Below are positions 29,176 to 38,435 of a stretch of 64,000 nucleotides of DNA, piece by piece. Each line of letters opens with the position of its first letter. Within the stretch, counting starts at the first letter, position 1. The stretch comes from Deltaproteobacteria bacterium. GTDB lineage: Bacteria > Desulfobacterota > GWC2-55-46 > UBA9637. The notes below the pieces were generated by a model. The model searched no databases. It was not told the DNA's origin and saw nothing but the letters and a program-made list of their open reading frames with translations. Both the position numbers and the translations under genes were made by a program. The stretch lies in assembly GCA_030690165.1 (NCBI GenBank), contig JAUYHF010000055.1, forward strand, positions 3,493-67,492, read 5' to 3'.

Positions 29176-29707
29176 TCATTGAAACAAGTTCCGGTCTTGC
29201 TTTTTCTAATCTTGAGTTCAAGGTATTTATTATCTTAAATCTTTTATCCCTGCTCATAATAACAACCCCTGGCAGCATATCTCCCGCATCAGAAAGAATT
29301 TCGAAAGCCTTCTCATCTTTCATGGAATCATCCCATCCATCCATTGCCTCTTTGCAAAGCCTTTTCAGTATGTCAGGATAATCTTTTCCCTTCCTCAGTT
29401 CACTCAGCCTCCCTGCCACGCCCTCAAAAACCTTTGTTACGGCAAGCTGCCTTTGCCTCAGGATAATTTCATTTGCATGCAATCTCGCATCAGCCAGCCT
29501 TTTTATCCTTTCCTTTTGCAGAGAAGCCTTTGCCTGCTCAAGCCTTTCTCGCTTCATCTTTTCCAATTTTTCTGCAGCCTTTTTTATAATATCATCCGCC
29601 TCTTTTTGAGCATCCTCTATGATAGAGGCGCACTCCCGCCTTGTGTCTTCCTCAAGCGTTTTTAATAATTCTTTTTCAATCATTTGTGCGCCTTTGACAA
29701 CACTCAA
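29156..29707 (-). CDS. atpE: A/V-type ATP synthase subunit E
   Basis: Charged coiled-coil N-terminus, 183 aa. Confidence 0.7.
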   Translation of the reverse strand: MSVVKGAQMIEKELLKTLEEDTRRECASIIEDAQKEADDIIKKAAEKLEKMKRERLEQAKASLQKERIKRLADARLHANEIILRQRQLAVTKVFEGVAGRLSELRKGKDYPDILKRLCKEAMDGWDDSMKDEKAFEILSDAGDMLPGVVIMSRDKRFKIINTLNSRLEKARPELVSMIDKILF

Positions 29708-29756
29708 GGCTAAAGCCTTGAGCTACCATGTAACTCAATCTTTTAGGATTGAGCCT

Positions 29757-29966
29757 CTAAGACAAAATCAGATAGGCTATAACAAAACCGAGTATCACCA
29801 TAGTCTCAGGTATAGCCACCAGGATAATAATAACGCCGCCCAACTCAGGCTTTTCTGCCACGGCGCCGGCGCCGGCAGAACCGATTCTACTCTGGGCCCA
29901 CGCAGTTGCCAGCGCAGGGATTGCTATAGCCATGGCCGCAGCCAACGCAATAAGACCTTTTTCCAT
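29757..29966 (-). CDS. atpK: A/V-type ATP synthase proteolipid subunit K
   Basis: 69-aa two-helix hairpin with conserved Glu (AIPETMVILGFVIAYLIL). Confidence 0.75.
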   Translation of the reverse strand: MEKGLIALAAAMAIAIPALATAWAQSRIGSAGAGAVAEKPELGGVIIILVAIPETMVILGFVIAYLILS

Positions 29967-29990
29967 AAAACACCTCCATTATTAAAGTTT

Positions 29991-30078
29991 CAGAGTGTCA
30001 AAGCGTCATAGAGTCAAAGTTTTTTCTCCGCCTTTTCTCTGATACTCTGATACTATGACTCTCTGATACTTTGACTCT
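29991..30078. repeat. Octanucleotide-tandem hairpin element copy A (CTYTGAYA units, inverted arms)
   Basis: Left arm CAGAGTGTCAAAGCGTCATAGAGTCAAAG (3 inverted octamers), spacer, right arm CTCTGATA CTCTGATA CTATGACT CTCTGATA CTTTGACT; abuts atpI stop codon. Confidence 0.8.
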
Positions 30079-31967
30079 TATTTATGTTTTCTGAACGGTT
30101 CATATCTCCTTCCGCCTGTCTCGTAAAACTTGCTGAAAAATTCCACATAATGAAGCCTCAATGAATGCATGGTCGGGCCGAGAACGCCGAGGAATATGTT
30201 TATGGTGTGGATTATACCTGCGATAAGAATGCCGAGGATTATATTGCCTGCCAATCCGCCCAGTTTATTCGCCACAATGGCCAATACGACCGACGCCGTT
30301 CCTATAGCCATGATACGGGCATATGAAAGGATATTGCCGAGCGCCTTTATTACCTCCAATGGCCCAATGATCCCTTCAAGCAGTATAAGGATAACTAAGG
30401 CCGCTGTCATAACTGCTGCGCCTGGGGTCATTAATCCCTTCGGCAGATATTTTGCCAAAACTGCAAGTATAATAAGAAAGGCAAGCATCAATATTAATGC
30501 AGATGCCTTTGCCGCAGCCTGTCTGGCCTTGCCCCTGTGGATATAATTCGTTATTGCAAGCAAAAAACCAAGGATTACATGACCTAACCCTATTCCAATT
30601 GCCAGTATTAAAAAGACCTTTAATGCCTTTAATCTGTCAAAGATTATGGGATGTAAAATGCCGAGCCTTTCTCCCAGATCGCCGAAAAACTCCCCAAAGA
30701 GCGCCCCAAAAACAATTGCAAAAACACTGGATATTGTAAAGACAGAGGCAAGATTAGTGATAAAATCCCGCTCCTTAAATCTCCTTTTCATATAAATGCT
30801 GACAACGAAAAGTATGCTGCCATAGCCGATGTCGCCTAACATAAGGCCGAAAAAAGTCGGAAAGAACAGCGCAAGATAGGGTGTCGGGTCTATTGAGCCG
30901 TATTTGGGCGGCGGCAGGATATTGATAAAGACCTCAAACGGCCTTAAAAATTTCGGATTCTTTATATAAACAGGTATCAAATCCACCTCGTCTTCTCTTA
31001 CCCCCATCTCCCGAACCATAACCTTGTCCCCGAATTTCTCTCTAACAGCATTGGAAAGCGTATTGTATTCATCCTTTGGAATCCATCCTGCAATGACAAA
31101 CGCAAATCTCGTATGGCCGCAGTATGCAAGAACCTTGAATTCATCAAGGGTGCTCAGCAAGAACTCCATGAGACCTTCAAGTTTTTTATACCATTCCTCT
31201 GATAACTCCTTAAATTTATTGTCAATATCTCTTATGAGAAGCGGTATCTCTTCTCTCCTCTTTATCATATTTTTGAGCGCATCAAAGAGTGTCATGTCAA
31301 CATATCTGTGCGGGAGCTTTATCTCTGATATGGCCTCGGTGGAAATAAGCGCCTTTACTCTCGTATCATATTGCCGCGGATAGGTAATAACAATGCCTAT
31401 TATATCTTTATCTATATCCTTTACAAAGAACTGATACCTTGTTTCTGTAATGCGGTTTATCTCATTTTCGAACAAAGGTATAATATCTTCTTTGGCCAGC
31501 TCAATGGTAATGCCGATCGTCTCAAAATTATTGAGCCCCTTTAATTTTGCCACAAGCGGCGCAATGCCTTTTAATATTTTTTCATATCGCGCAATAGATG
31601 AAATCTCCTCTGTAAGCTCCGCCTTTTCAGCATGGAGCCCCTTGACCTCCTTTTCCAATCCATCTACTTCATGCAGAAAGGCATCGGATGCAATGTCGGC
31701 AATTACGAACCCATCTCCTCTTTCAACCCCGGATGCAGGAAGAAGGAGATATATCCCCTTCAATCTATCCGCTATCCTCTCAAGCCTTTCCTTAAGCAAA
31801 GCCTTTTCCTTCTCAACAGGCATCCTCCTCATATATGAATCTTCAAAGGCAATCCTTGCGGGCATGCTCTCTATATGAACAATGCCAAGGTTATGAAGCA
31901 GTCTTATAACCTCATCCAGCATGCCCTTTGAGCCGATAAGCTGCACCTTGCTCATTGCCTTTATCAT
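30078..31967 (-). CDS. atpI: A/V-type ATP synthase subunit I (a)
   Basis: 629 aa, N-terminal soluble plus C-terminal multi-TM domain with conserved Arg. Confidence 0.8.
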   Translation of the reverse strand: MIKAMSKVQLIGSKGMLDEVIRLLHNLGIVHIESMPARIAFEDSYMRRMPVEKEKALLKERLERIADRLKGIYLLLPASGVERGDGFVIADIASDAFLHEVDGLEKEVKGLHAEKAELTEEISSIARYEKILKGIAPLVAKLKGLNNFETIGITIELAKEDIIPLFENEINRITETRYQFFVKDIDKDIIGIVITYPRQYDTRVKALISTEAISEIKLPHRYVDMTLFDALKNMIKRREEIPLLIRDIDNKFKELSEEWYKKLEGLMEFLLSTLDEFKVLAYCGHTRFAFVIAGWIPKDEYNTLSNAVREKFGDKVMVREMGVREDEVDLIPVYIKNPKFLRPFEVFINILPPPKYGSIDPTPYLALFFPTFFGLMLGDIGYGSILFVVSIYMKRRFKERDFITNLASVFTISSVFAIVFGALFGEFFGDLGERLGILHPIIFDRLKALKVFLILAIGIGLGHVILGFLLAITNYIHRGKARQAAAKASALILMLAFLIILAVLAKYLPKGLMTPGAAVMTAALVILILLEGIIGPLEVIKALGNILSYARIMAIGTASVVLAIVANKLGGLAGNIILGILIAGIIHTINIFLGVLGPTMHSLRLHYVEFFSKFYETGGRRYEPFRKHK

Positions 31968-32287
31968 TTATATCCCTCTATTACATAACGCACCACCATA
32001 TCAACAGCCTTTCCTTCTCTCTCCTCTGCCGGCTTCTTTAAATCCTGAGCCTTTTTAAAAGCATCTTGCTTTATCGTCTCGGCCTCTTTATCAATCTTCG
32101 CCATTTCCTGTTTTTTATAATCTTCCAGAGCAGTATCAAGTTCTTTTAACATTGACAGCCTTATCTCATCTGCCTTGATAAGGGCGTTTTTTTTAATATG
32201 TGCGGCCTTTCCCCTTGCCTCATTTAAAAGATTATCAAGCTCCTCTTCTTTTTGCTTTAAAGATTCTATGACATCAAATTCATTCAT
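31964..32287 (-). CDS. A/V-type ATP synthase subunit H/G-like (first gene of operon)
   Basis: 107-aa charged coiled coil, 4-bp overlap with atpI. Confidence 0.5.
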   Translation of the reverse strand: MNEFDVIESLKQKEEELDNLLNEARGKAAHIKKNALIKADEIRLSMLKELDTALEDYKKQEMAKIDKEAETIKQDAFKKAQDLKKPAEEREGKAVDMVVRYVIEGYK

Positions 32288-32465
32288 TATCTTTGCCCTC
32301 TTCCATATCTTCTTCCCCTTCCTCGGCTTTCACAGAATATTTTCCATCTGCCCACTTGCCGAGGTCAATCAAACTGCACCTTTCTGAACAGAACGGCCTA
32401 TAGGAATTGCCTTCCCACACAGCATCCTTTTTGCATACAGGACATTTGATTTTTTTCTCTGTCAT
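32280..32465 (-). CDS. yacG: DNA gyrase inhibitor YacG (zinc-binding)
   Basis: CPVCKK...[17 protein letters not shown] matches YacG zinc-finger. Confidence 0.7.
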   Translation of the reverse strand: MTEKKIKCPVCKKDAVWEGNSYRPFCSERCSLIDLGKWADGKYSVKAEEGEEDMEEGKDNE

Positions 32466-33554
32466 TTGTTTAAAAGATACGCCTCTATAAACTCATCTAT
32501 CTTTCCATCAAGCACTGCGTCTACATTGCCTGTTTCCACACCTGTTCTATGGTCTTTTATCAAACGGTACGGCTGCAATACATAGGAGCGGATCTGACTT
32601 CCCCATGTAATCTCCTTTTTCCCTTTGTGAAACTCCTGCATCTTTTCTTCCTGTTCTTTTAATTTTAATTCATAAATCCTTGACCTCAGTATCTTCATGG
32701 CCAGTTCCCTATTTTTATGCTGGCTCCGCTCGGCCTGACACGCAACGATTATACCAGTCGGAATATGGCTTATCCGCACTGCTGTCTCCACTTTATTTAC
32801 ATTCTGGCCGCCTGCGCCGCCTGACCTGAAAGTATCTATCTTTAGGTCTGCTTCTTTCACATCAACCTCAATATCGTCTTCAATCTCAGGATAGACAAAC
32901 ACGGATGCAAACGACGTGTGCCTTCTCTGATTTGCATCAAATGGCGATATTCTGACAAGACGGTGCACGCCAACCTCTGCCTTTAGATAGCCGTAGGCAT
33001 ACTCACCCTCTACAGTCAATGTAACGCTCTTTATGCCTGCTTCTTCTCCGGGCTGATAATCGACCACAGTAACGTTATATCTCTTTTTCTCAGCCCATCG
33101 GGTATACATCCTGAAGAGTATCTCTGCCCAGTCCTGCGCCTCTGTGCCGCCCGCGCCAGGATGGATGGAGAGGATGGCGCTCAGTTTGTCATGCTCTCCG
33201 CCAAGCATCCTCTGGATATCCAATTGATGTATGTAGTTTTCAGTATCGGATAATTTCGCCTCCGCCTCTTTTGCGGTTTCAGGGCTGTTCTCTGAATTGG
33301 CAAGTTCCAGCAGGATAGACGCATCTTCCAGACCTTTTTCAATATCGGCTACTGCTGCAATCTCTGCCTTGAGCGCTGCCTGCGTCTTGAGAAGGCTCTG
33401 CGCCTCTGAAGCCTTTTCCCATAAGGCAGGATTTGCTGCGGCCTTTTCTATCTCGCTTAATTTTTTACCCTTTGCATCCAGGTCAAAGATAACCCCGGAT
33501 TTCAATCAATTTATTCTGAAGCCCTTTCAGTCTTTCCTGAATCTCGTCAAACAT
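32462..33554 (-). CDS. prfB: Peptide chain release factor 2, programmed +1 frameshift
   Basis: ATG at 33554, 24 codons, then CTT TGA C shift site (+ strand 33482-33488) preceded by SD-like CGGGG; +1 frame continues into the SPF and GGQ domains. Confidence 0.9.
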
Positions 33555-33743
33555 TCAATCCTCCGCAAAATCATGATAATCATATTTTACACAGAAGATG
33601 AGACAAATCAAGTTGTTTATGGGCGTTTTTCTTTGCCTGCCCTCCTTTTCGTTTTCCAGTTAATCCATGTTTTCGGTTGCAATTCAGCAGGCCATGGAGT
33701 ACATTGTGCGGGCGCAACAAGTTGATAAAGAACGGGGTATTGC

Positions 33744-35639
33744 ATGGCATTAGTGAGTTTACAGAACGTCAAGGTCAGCTTCGGCGGGCCGCTCCTGCTC
33801 GAAGGAGTCGATCTCTCCATCGACCGCGGTGAGCGGGTCTGTCTGGTCGGACGGAACGGTACTGGCAAGTCCACGATCATGAAGCTCATCACCGGAGAGA
33901 TAAAGCCAGACGGCGGCAATATCGTGTTCCAGCAGGGCGTGCGCATCACGCTTCTGACGCAGGAGGTTCCCAATGCGCTTTTCGGCAGCGTGTTCAACGT
34001 GGTATCGAGCGCCTTCGGCGAGCAGGGGAAACTGCTTGCCGCTTATCATCACGTGAGCGCCAAACTGGCCCATGACCACAGCGAGAAGCTGATGTCCGAG
34101 CTCGAGGATGTGCAGCACAAATTCGAGGCAGCGGGCGGGTGGCAGATGCAGCAGCGCGTTGATGAGATACTGACGCGATTGCAGCTTCCCGAAGACGTTG
34201 AGTTCTCGGAACTTTCGGGCGGTCTCAAGCGACGTGTTCTGCTGGCCAGGGCATTGGCAGACGCACCGGACCTCTTGCTCCTCGACGAGCCAACGAACCA
34301 CCTGGATATAGATGCCATTGCCTGGCTCGAGGAATTTCTGCTCTCATTCGGCGGGACATTGCTCTTCGTGACCCACGACCGCATGCTGCTACAGAAGCTC
34401 GCAACACGGATCGTTGATCTCGACCGGGGCAGACTCACGAGCTGGCCCGGCAGTTACCAAACCTATATAGAGCTTAAACAGGCGGCGCTCGATGGAGAGG
34501 CTGTAGAGAATGCTAAGTTTGACAAGAAGCTTGCCGCTGAAGAGATCTGGATCCGCCAGGGTGTCAAGGCGCGCAGGACGCGCAATGAAGGCCGCGTGCG
34601 TGCGCTCATGGAACTGCGCAGAACAAGGAGCGATCGGCGAGAGTTGATTGGCGTGGCGCGCATGCAGACACAGGAAGCAGAACGCACAGGCAAGCTGGTT
34701 ATAGAGACGACTGGGGTAAGCCACAGCTACAACGGGAATGTGGTTATCCGCGATTTTTCAACGACCATCATCCGTGGGGACAAGATCGGTATAATCGGGC
34801 CGAACGGCTCGGGCAAGACCACGTTGCTCAAGATACTGCTTGGCGACCTGAAGCCGCAAAAGGGTACAGTGAAGCACGGCACGAACCTCGAAGTGGCCTA
34901 TCTCGACCAGCACCGTGGACAGCTTGATGATGCAAAGACCGTTCAGGATAATGTTGCGCACGGCAATGACCATGTGATCATTAACGGCAATAGGCGGCAT
35001 GTCATCGGCTACCTGCAAGATTTTCTGTTCGCGCCTGCCCGTGCCCGCAGTCCCGTGAATGTTCTATCCGGCGGAGAGCGGAACCGTCTGTTGCTCGCGA
35101 AGCTCTTTACCCAGCCGTCGAACGTGCTTGTGCTCGATGAGCCCACGAACGACTTGGATATCGAGACACTCGATCTGCTCGAGGAGCTCTTGATGGATTA
35201 CCCCGGTACGGTGCTGCTCGTGAGCCACGACCGCGCGTTCATCAACGATGTCGTCACCAGCACTCTCGTGTTAGAGGGCAATGGCAGGGTGAGTGAATAT
35301 GTCGGAGGATATGACGACTGGCTTCGCCAGAAACAGCCGATGAATGTGGTCCATGCTGTCCCGTCAAAGGTTGAGGTTAAAAATGTGGAGCCGAGTCCTC
35401 AAAAAAAGAACCCGCGCAAACTGAGCTTTAAAGAGCAGAAAGAGCTTGATACTCTGCCGAAGCGTATTGAAGATCTTGATGCGGAGCAGCGGCAGATCCT
35501 GGCGACCATGGCTGATCCGGTCTTTTATCGGGAGAGCGGCAAAAAGGTCACTGTGTATAAGGCACGGCATGAAGTGTTGGAAAAAGAACTTGCCGAGGCG
35601 TATAAGCGGTGGGATGAACTGGAGGCAGTGAAGGGTTAA
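33744..35639 (+). CDS. uup: ABC-F family ATPase, Uup-like (two ABC domains, C-terminal coiled coil)
   Basis: Two Walker A motifs (GRNGTGKST, GPNGSGKTT), two LSGG signatures; GC content visibly higher than flanks. Confidence 0.85.
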   Translation: MALVSLQNVKVSFGGPLLLEGVDLSIDRGERVCLVGRNGTGKSTIMKLITGEIKPDGGNIVFQQGVRITLLTQEVPNALFGSVFNVVSSAFGEQGKLLAAYHHVSAKLAHDHSEKLMSELEDVQHKFEAAGGWQMQQRVDEILTRLQLPEDVEFSELSGGLKRRVLLARALADAPDLLLLDEPTNHLDIDAIAWLEEFLLSFGGTLLFVTHDRMLLQKLATRIVDLDRGRLTSWPGSYQTYIELKQAALDGEAVENAKFDKKLAAEEIWIRQGVKARRTRNEGRVRALMELRRTRSDRRELIGVARMQTQEAERTGKLVIETTGVSHSYNGNVVIRDFSTTIIRGDKIGIIGPNGSGKTTLLKILLGDLKPQKGTVKHGTNLEVAYLDQHRGQLDDAKTVQDNVAHGNDHVIINGNRRHVIGYLQDFLFAPARARSPVNVLSGGERNRLLLAKLFTQPSNVLVLDEPTNDLDIETLDLLEELLMDYPGTVLLVSHDRAFINDVVTSTLVLEGNGRVSEYVGGYDDWLRQKQPMNVVHAVPSKVEVKNVEPSPQKKNPRKLSFKEQKELDTLPKRIEDLDAEQRQILATMADPVFYRESGKKVTVYKARHEVLEKELAEAYKRWDELEAVKG

Positions 35640-35678
35640 AATTGATAGCATGGTCTGGGCCTCTTGCAAAATACATTG

Positions 35679-37235
35679 TCATTTTCTTTTTCTCTTCACA
35701 ACCAACAAGCAAAAACCAACAACAAACAGGAAGCACCCAATTGCAAATATATCACCATATCTTGAATAAAATGTAAACAGGCGCGCATCTCTTAATTTTA
35801 CTTCATCGCCTATTGTTTCCCTTGTAAAAATGCCGCTTTGCGCCCTAACCCTGCCAATAGGGTCAATCACGCCGCTTATGCCTGTATTGGCCGACCTTAT
35901 CAAAAAAACCTTATTTTCCACAGCACGAAAGATTGCCTGAGAAAAATGTTGATAAGGCGCGGATGTCTTGCCGAACCATGCGTCGTTGGTGATGTTGATT
36001 AAAAAACCGGCGCCATCTTTTATAAAACCTCTTGCAAGTTCCGGAAATATTGATTCAAAACATATCAGGACGCCAAAACTATTACCTTCAAATTCAAGCG
36101 GCTCAAGCCATTTACCCGGAGTAAAATCACCCACGCCAACAACAAGTTTATGGATAAATGGTAGATATTTTTTAAGCGGCACATATTCACCGAAAGGCAC
36201 AAGGTGGATCTTATCATATTTTCCAATGATTTCACCCTCTGGCGATATGAGAAATGCGCTGTTGTAATATTTTACCTCCCCGCCAAAACCTGGTCCATAC
36301 GCAGGGCTGCCGGTAAGTAGATAGGTATTGGTTTGTTTTGGCACGTTAAATATCTCCATCCCCAAATCTTTATCAGACTGAAGGTAGAATGGAACCGCTG
36401 TTTCCGGCCAGATTATCAGCCTTACGCCTTGCTTCGCCGTATCAAGGCTTAAATTTCTATAAATATCCACTGTTTGTTTTTGAAAAGAGGCGTCCCATTT
36501 CCTGCCCTGGTCAATATTGCCCTGGACAATGGCAATCCTGAGGGTTTTCCAATGCTCAGAAACTTTGTCTATTTCAGAAATTCTGAAAAGGCCGTATATT
36601 AAAACCACCATCAGAATAATAAAAACAAGAAGCCCCTCTTTAACAGGCAGCCTCTTTTCTTTTCCAATCCAGTACGACAGCGCAAAAAAGATTACCGCGT
36701 TGACCATGACTATTAAAAAAGATATTCCATATACGCCTGTAATATCCGCTATCTGAATCAACGGGAGAAAGGTAGACTGAGAATAACCGAGGAGAGCCCA
36801 CGGAAAGCCGAATGTAATCATGTTGCCCCGCAGGTATTCCAGCGCCACCCACAATGATGGGGCAAACAGGATTGTGAGCATTGGGCTCATGCTGACTGAT
36901 GACATCGCCGCCATGCCAAGCCCAAACATGCCAAAGAAGAGACTTAGATACAAGGCAAGGAGCATGAGAATCAGCACTCCGGTAAAGAATGGAATGCCTC
37001 CGTAACTGACCATTGAGTTGACAACCCAATAGATTGTTCCCAGGAAAAAAATAAATCCCCACAGAAGGCCGAGAAAAAAACCGCTTTTCTTATTATTGCC
37101 GTCCAATGCAAAAAAGAACGACGTCATACCGATCCACGCCAGAAATTCCAGATCAATGGGCGGGAATGCGGCAGCAAGCGCTATTGCCGAAAGTAAGGTT
37201 AAAAAAATATTACGCCACATTTTATTTTGATACAA
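35679..37235 (-). CDS. lnt: Apolipoprotein N-acyltransferase
   Basis: N-terminal multi-TM plus C-terminal CN-hydrolase domain, 518 aa. Confidence 0.85.
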   Translation of the reverse strand: MYQNKMWRNIFLTLLSAIALAAAFPPIDLEFLAWIGMTSFFFALDGNNKKSGFFLGLLWGFIFFLGTIYWVVNSMVSYGGIPFFTGVLILMLLALYLSLFFGMFGLGMAAMSSVSMSPMLTILFAPSLWVALEYLRGNMITFGFPWALLGYSQSTFLPLIQIADITGVYGISFLIVMVNAVIFFALSYWIGKEKRLPVKEGLLVFIILMVVLIYGLFRISEIDKVSEHWKTLRIAIVQGNIDQGRKWDASFQKQTVDIYRNLSLDTAKQGVRLIIWPETAVPFYLQSDKDLGMEIFNVPKQTNTYLLTGSPAYGPGFGGEVKYYNSAFLISPEGEIIGKYDKIHLVPFGEYVPLKKYLPFIHKLVVGVGDFTPGKWLEPLEFEGNSFGVLICFESIFPELARGFIKDGAGFLINITNDAWFGKTSAPYQHFSQAIFRAVENKVFLIRSANTGISGVIDPIGRVRAQSGIFTRETIGDEVKLRDARLFTFYSRYGDIFAIGCFLFVVGFCLLVVKRKRK

Positions 37236-37995
37236 AAGAAAAGATATAGAAGATAAAAAAGGTCACACCTGTTCCAAGAAGGGCGCCGAGTAGTATCTCA
37301 AATTTTGTGTGTATGCCTCCCACGAGACGGCTGTGGCTCACCATTAGCGCCATAACAAAGGTGAGAACCGTTACAACAGGGTCAAGCGTCAGGAGAACAA
37401 CAGCAGCCCAGATGGAAAAGGCAACAGCAGAATGACCGCTCGGCATACCACCGTGAAGCGGAGCGCCCTTTCCCAAATATGCCTTTGATACAACAACATT
37501 TATAAGCACAACAAGCAGCGACACAACGGCAATATGGACTTTAAACGCGCTGCCGGTTCGCAATACCTGAGAAAACGGGATGGTCAAATATTTGGAAAAA
37601 ATAATATAACCCATAATAAACACGCCAATGGATGATATTAAAACAGCTCCTGCTGAAACATCCTTGGCTATCTTTGCCAGCGCATGATATTTTTTGCCGC
37701 AGACAATATCTACCGCAGTTTCAATGGCGGTGTTTACCATCTCTGCAAATAACAATATTACAATGGAGAGCGAAAGAAGCGCAAACTCGGCTGCGGGAAG
37801 ATTTAAGATAAGGCTTAAAAAGAGAGATGCCGCTGCTGCAGCAAAGAAGTACCTTATATGCCTCTGATGTCTTACTGCATATATGACGCCCTCTATGGCG
37901 CAATTGAGGCTTTCAAAAATATTTTTTGGTTTTACGAGTTCTTTATCTTCTTCCAATTTATAATCTCCAGATATATTACATTTTACAATCTGCAC
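37222..37995 (-). CDS. dgkA: Diacylglycerol kinase (DgkA) fused to PAP2 phosphatase domain
   Basis: N-terminal DgkA fold (NCAIEGVIYAVRHQRHIRYF, EMVNTAIETAVD); C-terminal PAP2 motifs KxxxxxxRP-like, PSGHS, SRLVGGIH. Confidence 0.7.
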   Translation of the reverse strand: MQIVKCNISGDYKLEEDKELVKPKNIFESLNCAIEGVIYAVRHQRHIRYFFAAAAASLFLSLILNLPAAEFALLSLSIVILLFAEMVNTAIETAVDIVCGKKYHALAKIAKDVSAGAVLISSIGVFIMGYIIFSKYLTIPFSQVLRTGSAFKVHIAVVSLLVVLINVVVSKAYLGKGAPLHGGMPSGHSAVAFSIWAAVVLLTLDPVVTVLTFVMALMVSHSRLVGGIHTKFEILLGALLGTGVTFFIFYIFSFVSK

Positions 37996-38435
37996 TTTGC
38001 AATCTTCATTAGTCTCTTCTCCTCTTTCTTCATCCTCAAAGCCTCTTTGCGTCCTTTTTCGTGGTCAAAACCCAATAGATGAAGTATGCCGTGAATCAAA
38101 AGCCTTGCCATCTCTTGATTCAGAGTTACGCCATTTTCTTTCGCCTGTGTTTTTGCAGTTTCTACTGATATGACAACATCGCCCAAAATGAGTTGGGAGT
38201 TGGGAGTTCGGGGTTCGGAGTTAAAATCCCACATGGGAAACGAAAGCACATCCGTAGACTTATCCTTTTTTAAATAACGTTTATTCAGTTTCTGAATGCC
38301 GGCATTGTCAGTCAGGAGTACGCTCAACTCCGCATTGTCACGGCAGCCCAAATCTTTTAATACCTCTCTTGCCAGCCTCTTTATCTCCTTTATCCCAGCC
38401 CCCGCCTTCTGCTCTTTTTGTATCAATACCTTCAA
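37983..38435 (-). CDS. ybeY: rRNA maturation endoribonuclease YbeY
   Basis: HGILHLLGFDHE zinc motif. Confidence 0.85.
   Translation of the reverse strand: MKVLIQKEQKAGAGIKEIKRLAREVLKDLGCRDNAELSVLLTDNAGIQKLNKRYLKKDKSTDVLSFPMWDFNSEPRTPNSQLILGDVVISVETAKTQAKENGVTLNQEMARLLIHGILHLLGFDHEKGRKEALRMKKEEKRLMKIAKCRL

Noticed and set aside
33759-35018. Several 60-180-aa minus-strand ORFs inside the ABC-F gene
   Set aside because: These are artefacts of high GC content (few stop codons on the antisense strand) and are not independent genes.
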